A program made the position numbers and the translations under genes. 12,053 nucleotides of DNA from Bdellovibrionia bacterium. GTDB lineage: Bacteria > Bdellovibrionota > UBA1018. The notes under the pieces are model-generated. The model did not search any database. It was given only the letters and a program-made list of their open reading frames with translations, and had not been told where the DNA came from. Below, piece after piece: positions 1 through 6,478 of this stretch (positions are counted from its first letter, which is position 1; each line of letters opens with the position of its first letter). Location of the stretch: the NCBI GenBank assembly GCA_045805065.1, contig JBJMMA010000179.1:1-12053 (forward strand), written 5' to 3'.

Positions 1-925
1 AGAGTGGCTTAAGACAGAAAACCAACGCGACCGGAGCCGCAAAAAGAGAAAGAAACTTCTCCGTTCTGTCTGCTGAAGACTTCAGTGAGCGGTACATCAA
101 AACAAAAGAAAAAATGACGAGCGCCGGGCCCCCCGCAAAAAGCTCGATCGCCCAAAACCTCAGCCATCGCACGAGAGAGAAAGACCCACCCTCATGCCGA
201 TCTCGGATCTGATAGAGAATCGATGCCCATTCATGCGACATGTTCCAAAGCAGGATGGGAATTGCCGCAAGCACGCCACCTAAAACGGTAGCAGCGAACG
301 CACGGACGCGACGCTCTTTGGGAGCCCAGATCAAAATCGCAAGGAGTGACGAGAGCGATAAAAGTACCGCGGAATACTTTGAAAGAAGCGCTAGAGCGGT
401 CCCTAAAAAAATGAGACCCACGTCCTTTCGAGACTCATTTGAACCAAAACAAATGTTCCAGGTTGCGCGAAACACGAGCATCCATCCCAGAAAAAGCGGA
501 AGATCCGGAACCATCATCCAGGAAAGAGCAAAAAGCCCGGCAAGCGATACGATCACCCCTGCCGCACCTGAAATTTTCTCACGTCCCACTCCCACTTGCC
601 TCAGCCATCCCAAAGCAGACGTCAGAACAAAGGAAGAGCAGAAAGCCGCAGGCAATCTCACAACGACTGCGCTGGTCGCGCCAAAGACCGGTCCCACGAG
701 AGCTTGAGAGAGCGCAATCAGCCACGCCACCATTGGTGGATGATAGGCGTATCCCAGCGCCGGTTTTTGAGCGAGCACCCAATAGTAGGCTTCATCATCC
801 GTTAGACCGATGGTTGCGCCATGGACCATAAGAATTGCAAAGAGTGCAAAACCAAAGAAGAGCTCGGGCGAGCTGGTAAACGAGCGCGCGAGCTTCGATG
901 GATTGAAAGCCTGAGTAGAAGTCAT
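1..925 (-). CDS. GT-C fold membrane glycosyltransferase (ArnT/PMT-like, GT39/GT83-type); 3' end lies beyond the window
   Basis: Not in the ORF track because its stop is outside the window. Manual translation from ATG 925 (AAGGA just upstream): MTSTQAFNPSKLARSFTSSPELFFGFALFAILMVHGATIGLTDDEAYYWVLAQKPALGYAYHPPMVAWLIA...GTALALLSKYSAVLL...PILLWNMSHEWASILYQI...KFLSLFAAPVALVFCLKPL. The DEAYYW, GYxxHPP, LLSKY and PxLxWNxxHxW motifs plus many hydrophobic segments are typical of ArnT/PMT-like proteins. Confidence 0.9.
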   Translation of the reverse strand, partial: MTSTQAFNPSKLARSFTSSPELFFGFALFAILMVHGATIGLTDDEAYYWVLAQKPALGYAYHPPMVAWLIALSQALVGPVFGATSAVVVRLPAAFCSSFVLTSALGWLRQVGVGREKISGAAGVIVSLAGLFALSWMMVPDLPLFLGWMLVFRATWNICFGSNESRKDVGLIFLGTALALLSKYSAVLLSLSSLLAILIWAPKERRVRAFAATVLGGVLAAIPILLWNMSHEWASILYQIRDRHEGGSFSLVRWLRFWAIELFAGGPALVIFSFVLMYRSLKSSADRTEKFLSLFAAPVALVFCLKPL

Positions 926-942
926 AGGGTGTCCTTGCGGAG

Positions 943-970
943 AGCATAACCCTGGCTTCAAAAGAATCAA
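943..970 (-). promoter_or_regulatory. Putative sigma70 promoter of the glycosyltransferase
   Basis: Minus strand TTGATT(970-965)-N16-TATGCT(948-943), upstream of the SD and ATG 925. Confidence 0.35.
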
Positions 971-996
971 TAGGAGTGAATTTTAATCGGCCTTTA

Positions 997-1013
997 AAGG
1001 CACGCCGCTTGCT
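997..1013 (+). promoter_or_regulatory. Sigma54 (-24/-12) promoter of the lipoprotein gene
   Basis: AAGGCACGCCGCTTGCT: GG(999-1000)-N10-GC(1011-1012). It matches TGGCACG-N4-TTGCW except for A at -26. Confidence 0.6.
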
Positions 1014-1026
1014 TTGACACATAAAT

Positions 1027-1434
1027 ATGAAAAACACCTTCCGATTACTCACCTTTGGCTTGGTTTTAACATCTATGGTTCAATTGACTGGTTGTGCCGC
1101 AGCCGCGCTCGGGGGCGCAGCAGCAGGTGCCGCAGGCGCAGTGGCGTACTCGGATCGCGGCGCCAAAAGTGACGTGAAGGGCGATACTCAAAGCATCAAC
1201 CAGAAGGCCGAAGCGGTCTTCAGCGACCTGTCGATTCAAACCACAGGCACGCAAAGCAAAGAAAACGGCGAACGCGAACTCACCGGAAAATCTGGCGATA
1301 AAGAGATCACCATCCAGATGTCACCAGCTGCGAACGGCACCACTCACGTGGAAGTTGTCGCAAAAGAAGGCACTGTGAAATGGAACAAGGATTACGCGAA
1401 GGCGCTTCTCTCAAAGATCGTCGATAAGACTTAA
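1027..1434 (+). CDS. DUF3568-like lipoprotein
   Basis: 135 aa. Signal peptide II with lipobox LTGC, followed by the Gly/Ala-rich AAAALGGAAAGAAGAVAY stretch and a small alpha/beta domain, as in the DUF3568 family. Confidence 0.75.
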   Translation: MKNTFRLLTFGLVLTSMVQLTGCAAAALGGAAAGAAGAVAYSDRGAKSDVKGDTQSINQKAEAVFSDLSIQTTGTQSKENGERELTGKSGDKEITIQMSPAANGTTHVEVVAKEGTVKWNKDYAKALLSKIVDKT

Positions 1435-1441
1435 GCGGCCC

Positions 1442-1726
1442 CTAGTACGCGTACTGGCAATCGTACTTCGACAAAGGACTCGAAGGACTACAGAATTTTC
1501 TACCACCACAAAGAGCAGCGCATTGGCCAGCGTTGCTCACCGTGACGACTCCATCGTCAGCCTGGTAGGCAATAGGGAAACCACAGCCCCCATACTTAAA
1601 AACACAGTCGCCAGCAGTCACAGGGCTATCCACGAGCAAGGCTCCAAACCCAAGCGCCATAGCAACCAGAGCAGCACAGAGCCGACTCGCATTTACCTGA
1701 GTTAGAACACGTGAAAAAACGCACAT
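1442..1726 (-). CDS. Small secreted six-cysteine protein, paralog 1 (94 aa)
   Basis: ATG 1726 is preceded by AGAGGGA, so it is preferred over the track's start at 1783, which coincides with the -35 box. A hydrophobic signal ending PVTA is followed by the mature GDCVFKYGGCGFPIAY...CAALCGGRKFC...CQYAY. Clear paralog of 1832-2083. Confidence 0.8.
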   Translation of the reverse strand: MCVFSRVLTQVNASRLCAALVAMALGFGALLVDSPVTAGDCVFKYGGCGFPIAYQADDGVVTVSNAGQCAALCGGRKFCSPSSPLSKYDCQYAY

Positions 1727-1755
1727 GATGCCGGTCCCTCTAGTAACTTTGCTTA

Positions 1756-1783
1756 ATTTTACTAGGGGGAACGAGAAAGTCAA
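1756..1783 (-). promoter_or_regulatory. Sigma70-like promoter of paralog 1
   Basis: TTGACT(1783-1778)-N16-TAAAAT(1761-1756). The -10 region is conserved upstream of paralog 2. Confidence 0.6.
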
Positions 1784-1831
1784 TGAACCGGCAGCTTCGC
1801 AGTCCGGCTGCGGAATTACCTGAGACTTCTT

Positions 1832-2083
1832 TTAATAGGTACAGCCCCAAGGCGACATAGGAGTCAAAGGAGCACACGTCAATCTACCTCCGCAGAGCGC
1901 GGCGCAAGCGGTTCCATCCGCGACATTTTGGACGTACTCTTCCAAGTCGTAGGCAATAGGAAAACCGCAGCCCCCTACGTTATAAACACAGCTGACACTT
2001 GCTCCGACAGAAGCATCCATGAGCGAAAATCCAAGCGTAATGACTACAGCGATAAGAGTTGCGCAGATCTTTCGACAGCTCAT
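1832..2083 (-). CDS. Small secreted six-cysteine protein, paralog 2 (83 aa)
   Basis: Strong SD AGGAGGT before ATG 2083. Signal peptide MSCRKICATLIAVVITLGFSLMDASVGA. The mature domain has the same Cys spacing as paralog 1 and 27/52 identities from C1 onward (hand alignment). Confidence 0.85.
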   Translation of the reverse strand: MSCRKICATLIAVVITLGFSLMDASVGASVSCVYNVGGCGFPIAYDLEEYVQNVADGTACAALCGGRLTCAPLTPMSPWGCTY

Positions 2084-2114
2084 AAGCACCTCCTCTGTAT
2101 TTATACCTTGCCTA

Positions 2115-2143
2115 ATTTTACCAAAAAAATCGCGAAAAGTAAC
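2115..2143 (-). promoter_or_regulatory. Sigma70-like promoter of paralog 2
   Basis: GTTACT(2143-2138)-N17-TAAAAT(2120-2115). A 17-nt block over the -10 element is 15/17 identical to that of paralog 1. Confidence 0.5.
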
Positions 2144-2214
2144 CTCACCCTCGCTTATTACACTCTCCCTGTGTAACGCTTTCCCGCCATCACAAGCATT
2201 GGAAATGACTGGCT

Positions 2215-2342
2215 TTAAATAAAAATAGTCGCACCCCAGAAGGAGTTACGGCGCTCTGGCAACGAGTTCTTCCACCGCAGTACACCATGCAAACTGCTTT
2301 CCCATTTGTATTCAGCCACGAATAGAGCTGATCGAATAAAAT
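2215..2342 (-). pseudogene. Relic third copy of the six-cysteine protein family (5'-truncated, frameshifted)
   Basis: Minus strand from 2342 reads ILFDQLYSWLNTNGKAVCMVYCGGRTRC, which aligns ungapped with IAYDLEEYVQNVADGTACAALCGGRLTC. GCDYFY follows in a shifted frame (compare GCTY and DCQYAY). No start codon or signal peptide remains. Confidence 0.65.
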
Positions 2343-3322
2343 CAGGGCTTGGTCGTGCTGACTTTAACGGGAGCTGGAGGCGCCATCATCTCGAACACGA
2401 CTTTAGGCATCGAGAATTGAATCATACTGCGGATGCCCTGGCTGAACTTGTTCCAATAAGTTTCTGCCTTGGTTCCGTCCGCCGTTGGAAGCTCAAGCGT
2501 GATGGTAGGAATGCCAAGCTCGCGTCCGGCGTAATTACCCAGAGAGCCCGGAAAATAACCCGTCGACTTGGCCTTGAGCTCGCGCTGCAAGCGAACGCAC
2601 TCATGCACGTACTCGCGCGGAAACTTGTTGAGCGAAAGCGCCGATGGGCCGTCGTAATCCATGTGATTGAGCGGCGAATGCACCGACATGATTTTTTGAG
2701 GAGTGAAAACACGGATCAACTCTTCTTGAAAGATCGTCTCAGGCTCAGAACGGGGAGCGGAGCCCGGAAAGCGACGCGGATCCGAGCGGAAAGCGGTTTT
2801 CCACTTCTTGGCTCCGACTTCCCAATCCTTCGTCGCGAAGTTCCGGTTCACATCCACGCCATGAGCGTTCATGCGGGTCTTTGGAGCGCGGTAGAATCCA
2901 TCCGGATTCACCAAAGGCGCAACGATCACGCGGCTGTCTTTCAGCTCGGACTCGTGCTCTTTCAGCCAGTGAATGACTTCCAGGCCGATATAGAGCGGCG
3001 TGATTTCATCGCCATGGACCATCGTCAAAATCAAAGTGACGTTCGAGGCCTGGGTATTTCCAAACTCAGTATAAATGAGCGAGCGGCCTTCGTTGGAGAC
3101 TCCGCCATACTTCCATTGAACGCCATCAATGCAAGGATCAATCGCCCACTTCAAGCGCTTGATCTCGGACTTCAGATCCGAACACCATTTGTTCATGACC
3201 TCAGGCGTGGCTGCCGCGAACCGCGCAGGACCCTCGGACGCGTGCGCGCCTCCCGCGCTCAGGAATGAAACCAGCAGCGCAAGACCGATTGATGTGAAGT
3301 AATTCCTAAGACCTGATTTCAT
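2342..3322 (-). CDS. M14 family zinc carboxypeptidase, MpaA-like murein peptide amidase, with signal peptide
   Basis: HGDE zinc motif, NPDG, RMNAHGVDVNRNF, SEPET, SVHS and TLE (catalytic Glu). N-terminal Sec signal ending AHA. ATGA overlap with the dedA stop. Confidence 0.85.
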   Translation of the reverse strand: MKSGLRNYFTSIGLALLVSFLSAGGAHASEGPARFAAATPEVMNKWCSDLKSEIKRLKWAIDPCIDGVQWKYGGVSNEGRSLIYTEFGNTQASNVTLILTMVHGDEITPLYIGLEVIHWLKEHESELKDSRVIVAPLVNPDGFYRAPKTRMNAHGVDVNRNFATKDWEVGAKKWKTAFRSDPRRFPGSAPRSEPETIFQEELIRVFTPQKIMSVHSPLNHMDYDGPSALSLNKFPREYVHECVRLQRELKAKSTGYFPGSLGNYAGRELGIPTITLELPTADGTKAETYWNKFSQGIRSMIQFSMPKVVFEMMAPPAPVKVSTTKP

Positions 3323-3957
3323 GCTTCTCTACTAGAACTGTTTGTTTCCACATCGGCTTTGCGATGGGAAATATACCACTTGGCAGCCATCAGAAGGATC
3401 ATGACGATGATTACTCCCAGGATCCCGTGCTGCGCAGTTTGAATATATCGAACTACCTGCTCGAGATGATCTCCAAAGTAATAAACGGCTCCAATAATCG
3501 CCGGCACACTGAGGAGAGCTGCTAGTCCATCGTAAAAAAGAAATACGCGATAGGGAAGATGCAGAGTACCTGCAGAGAAAAATATTGGCGCCCGAAGGCC
3601 CGGCATGAAGCGAGCGGCAAAGATCAGCTTGTTCCCGCGTGCATGAAACTTGGATTTCACGGCATCCAAGCGATCGTCTGGAAGAAGGCGATGAAAGATG
3701 CCTTTCTTGGTGAGCTTGCGTCCGTACTTATGGCCTAAGAAAAAAATGATCGAATCGCCCAGGATCACTCCCACAAGCGCTGCGCCGATCATCATCCAGA
3801 TTTCAGTGACGCCGTAATACGCAAGCAGGCCCCCCGCAAAGAGCGTAATGTCTTCGGGAATCGGAAGCCCCAAACCACATAGCAGAAGGATCCCTACGAC
3901 GATGAAGTAAGGCGTGTGGCCATGAAAATTGAGTAGAAAATCAACCAAACTGTCCAT
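3319..3957 (-). CDS. dedA: DedA family membrane protein
   Basis: GLPIPED, GDSIIFFLG and ARFMPGLR motifs with multiple hydrophobic helices. ATG 3957 (TTG 3960 is an alternative). Confidence 0.92.
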   Translation of the reverse strand: MDSLVDFLLNFHGHTPYFIVVGILLLCGLGLPIPEDITLFAGGLLAYYGVTEIWMMIGAALVGVILGDSIIFFLGHKYGRKLTKKGIFHRLLPDDRLDAVKSKFHARGNKLIFAARFMPGLRAPIFFSAGTLHLPYRVFLFYDGLAALLSVPAIIGAVYYFGDHLEQVVRYIQTAQHGILGVIIVMILLMAAKWYISHRKADVETNSSSREA

Positions 3958-3961
3958 CAAT

Positions 3962-4000
3962 GTCTCTGTTGAGGGTCTCTTGTAAGGGTCTCTGTTGTTG
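3962..4000. repeat. Three 13-bp imperfect tandem direct repeats in the dedA leader
   Basis: gtctctgttgagg / gtctcttgtaagg / gtctctgttgttg, with GTCTCT at 3962, 3975 and 3988. They lie between a perfect minus-strand TATAAT (4016-4011) and the start codon. Confidence 0.7.
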
Positions 4001-4079
4001 GAGAACTTCTATTATATAAACCATTGAACCGGATTCCGCGAATTTTCGCGAGGACGTCAAACCGTACTTTTTCGGTTAA

Positions 4080-4994
4080 CTACTTCCGATTCGCCAAAGG
4101 ATGGGCTCCCCGGTACTCGTCTAAAAGAGCGCCTAAATCGACATGCGTGTAGCGCTGGGTCGTTGACAGTCGAGCGTGACCCAAAAGCTCTTGAATCGTT
4201 CTCAAGTCAGCTCCCGCAGCCAGAAGATGCGTCGCAAAACTATGCCTCAGGCCATGGGGCGAAAGATTTTTGGCGGATGCAATCCGAACAAGATGCTTGG
4301 CAAGAATCCGGGCAACACTTCGCGCCGTGAGGCGAGTTCCCTGGTAATTCACAAAAAGCGGCACATCGCCTGAGCCCTGAGCAGCGTCCTGAGGCTTTGC
4401 GGCGAGATAATTCTCAATCGCCTCTCGTGCCGCCGAGCCAAACGGCACGTTTCGCTCTTTGGATCCCTTTCCAAGAACCCTGACCCATCCATTGGCCAGG
4501 TCCAGATCTCCAAGCGATAACCCCACCCCTTCGCTCACACGCAAACCGCTTCCATAAAGAAGCTCAAAGAGCGCTCGATCGCGCTTTCCAAGCCAGGTTG
4601 AGAGATCGGGTGCTTCAACAAGCTCCTGCATTTCTTCAATTTTGAGAAAGCGAGGAAGCTTGGAATCAGCCTTCGGAGAGGGCACCAAAAGCCCAACATC
4701 CCTTCGGACCAGACCCTGAACGCGAAGGTATTTCAAGAAGGTGCGAATGGCTGAAAGCCTTCGACAGAGCGACGAGCGCTCATGGCTTTCATAAAGCGAG
4801 GCAAGATAAGATCTGAGATCCGTAGCCTCGAGCCGCTGGCTCAGATCCTCTATGCTTGCAATACCTTGAACCGATTCCAAATGCCCGGTCCAGTGGGTCA
4901 GGTCAATCTCATAAGCCCTCAGCGAATGCGGGCTAAATCCCCGAGCTGCCTGTAGATGGGCCAGAAAGCGTTCGAGAGCTTCAGAGATGCGCAT
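4080..4994 (-). CDS. xerC: Tyrosine recombinase XerC
   Basis: 304 aa with all catalytic residues: GLRVSE (R), GKGSKER (K), HGLRHSFATH (HxxR), LLGH and TQRYTH (Y). N-terminal SAM-like domain. Adjacent to trmFO, a common xerC neighbour. Confidence 0.88.
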   Translation of the reverse strand: MRISEALERFLAHLQAARGFSPHSLRAYEIDLTHWTGHLESVQGIASIEDLSQRLEATDLRSYLASLYESHERSSLCRRLSAIRTFLKYLRVQGLVRRDVGLLVPSPKADSKLPRFLKIEEMQELVEAPDLSTWLGKRDRALFELLYGSGLRVSEGVGLSLGDLDLANGWVRVLGKGSKERNVPFGSAAREAIENYLAAKPQDAAQGSGDVPLFVNYQGTRLTARSVARILAKHLVRIASAKNLSPHGLRHSFATHLLAAGADLRTIQELLGHARLSTTQRYTHVDLGALLDEYRGAHPLANRK

Positions 4995-5000
4995 CCCTTA

Positions 5001-5030
5001 AGTGTACCTCGGGAATTTGCGGGATTCCAA
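5001..5030 (-). promoter_or_regulatory. Putative promoter for a leaderless xerC transcript
   Basis: TTGGAAT...TACACT(5006-5001), then 6 nt (TAAGGG), then ATG 4994. Confidence 0.45.
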
Positions 5031-5035
5031 TTTCC

Positions 5036-5059
5036 CGTAGCAGCCCTGCCGCTACGCTT
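5036..5059 (-). repeat. GTAG-type REP-like palindrome, copy A
   Basis: Minus strand AAGCGTAGCGGCAGGGCTGCTACG. The first 17 nt are identical to the minus strand of the 8595-8622 copy. Confidence 0.75.
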
Positions 5060-5094
5060 GTCATGGCCCTAAGACTTCTGTTAGATGAGGCACC

Positions 5095-6471
5095 ATGTCA
5101 TCATCAGATTTACGTAGCGGCGAGGCCGCCTCGATTTCACCCGTGCATATCATCGGAAGCGGCCTGGCGGGCAGCGAAGCCGCCTTTTATCTAGCGGAAC
5201 GCGGAATCCCGGTTGTTATCCATGAGATGCGCCCTGAGAAGATGACGCCTGCTCATCAGACCGATCGCTCGGCGGAGCTCGTTTGCAGCAATTCGTTCAA
5301 AACCAAGGCGCCCAACTCGGCCCCTGGAATGATGAAAGCCGAGATGGCAAAGATTGGCTCCATGATCCTTCGTTGCGGAATGGAAGCTGCCGTTCCCGGC
5401 GGTGACGCCCTGGCCGTGGACCGTGACGTGTTTTCTCAAGCGGTCACGAAAATCCTTCGCTCACACCCGAACATCAAATTCGTGCACGAGGAGATGTCCG
5501 CACCTGTCGAAGGCCACATCAATCTGATTGCGACAGGCCCGCTCACCTCGGATTTGCTGAGCGCCTGGATCGCAAAAGCCACGGGCGCGGATGACCTCTA
5601 CTTCTACGACGCCATTGCACCCATCATCGATGCTTCAACAATCGATATGGAAAACGCGTTCATCGCCAATCGCTATGGCAAAGGCGGCGAAGACGCCTAC
5701 ATCAATTGCCCGATGAACGAGGCGGAGTACAACGCCTTTATCGATGCGCTGACCATTGCCGAAAAAGTTCAGCCCAAGTCCTTTGAGAAGGAGAAATTCT
5801 TTCAGGGCTGCCAACCCATTGAAGCCATCGCCGCCACGGGCCGCGACAGCTTGCGTTTTGGCCCGATGAAGCCAGTGGGCCTGGATGATCCAAAGACAGG
5901 CCGCAGGCCCTATGCGGTCATTCAACTTCGCCCGGAGAATAACGCAAAAACCGCCTATAATATGGTGGGCTTCCAAACCAAGCTCAAATACGGCGAGCAA
6001 AGCAAAGTCTTCCGTCTGATTCCAGCCCTCAAGAACGCCGAGTTCTTGCGCCTGGGATCCATCCACCGCAACACCTATATCTGCGGACCTCGCGTGCTTC
6101 GCCCGGATCTTTCTTTGAAGGGCCACCCAAAAGTTTATTTCGCAGGTCAGGTCACGGGCGTTGAAGGCTATCTTGAGTCCACAGCCTGCGGACTGATGGC
6201 CGCGATCTTCATCGAGCAAAGAGTTCGCGGGCTTCCGCACTCCTCGCCTCCTGGCAACACAGCGCTGGGCGCGCTCCTGAGATTCATTCTTGCGAGCGAT
6301 CCTAAGAACTATCAGCCCAATAATATGAATTTCAGCTTATTTGACCCAAATCTTTTTGAAGGTCTTTCGGGCGAATCCAAGCTGGGACGCGATGAGATCC
6401 GCAAGAGCATGGCCGAGCAATCGATTCGCAACTTTTCAACTTGGTGGGACGAGCGCCAGGCGTTAGCCTAG
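5095..6471 (+). CDS. trmFO: Methylenetetrahydrofolate--tRNA-(uracil-54)-C5-methyltransferase TrmFO
   Basis: FAD-binding IIGSGLAGSEAA, ELVCSNSF, YFYDAIAPII, FFQGCQPIE, GPMKPVGL, GFQTKLK, HRNTYI and AGQVTGVEGYLES. Confidence 0.97.
   Translation: MSSSDLRSGEAASISPVHIIGSGLAGSEAAFYLAERGIPVVIHEMRPEKMTPAHQTDRSAELVCSNSFKTKAPNSAPGMMKAEMAKIGSMILRCGMEAAVPGGDALAVDRDVFSQAVTKILRSHPNIKFVHEEMSAPVEGHINLIATGPLTSDLLSAWIAKATGADDLYFYDAIAPIIDASTIDMENAFIANRYGKGGEDAYINCPMNEAEYNAFIDALTIAEKVQPKSFEKEKFFQGCQPIEAIAATGRDSLRFGPMKPVGLDDPKTGRRPYAVIQLRPENNAKTAYNMVGFQTKLKYGEQSKVFRLIPALKNAEFLRLGSIHRNTYICGPRVLRPDLSLKGHPKVYFAGQVTGVEGYLESTACGLMAAIFIEQRVRGLPHSSPPGNTALGALLRFILASDPKNYQPNNMNFSLFDPNLFEGLSGESKLGRDEIRKSMAEQSIRNFSTWWDERQALA
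5113..5134 (+). repeat. GTAG-type REP-like palindrome, copy B, inside the trmFO 5' coding region
   Basis: CGTAGCGGCGAGGCCGCCTCGA is the exact 22-nt reverse complement of 8565-8586. Confidence 0.8.
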
Positions 6472-6478
6472 TTCTATA

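Noticed and set aside
240..1052. Track ORFs 240-707, 439-831, 579-782, 596-805 and 795-1052
   Set aside because: All overlap the true minus-strand glycosyltransferase (925 to beyond 1) in other frames or on the other strand.
1..2083. Cys-rich peptides plus glycosyltransferase as a glycocin or RiPP cluster
   Set aside because: Glycocin glycosyltransferases are cytoplasmic GT2 enzymes, not GT-C. There is no double-glycine leader, C39 transporter or modifying enzyme, and an oppositely oriented lipoprotein gene separates the loci.
2306..3268. 320-aa plus-strand ORF
   Set aside because: Antisense shadow of the M14 peptidase, Arg-rich, with no recognisable motifs.
4080..4994. Tyrosine recombinase as a prophage or island integrase, or a nearby dif site
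   Set aside because: Size, motifs and the trmFO neighbourhood fit housekeeping XerC. I saw no att repeats, tRNA, phage genes or dif-like 28-mer.
5635..6240. 201-aa minus-strand ORF and other short ORFs inside trmFO, EamA, OMP, yebC and PfpI
   Set aside because: Antisense or out-of-frame shadows of well-supported genes.
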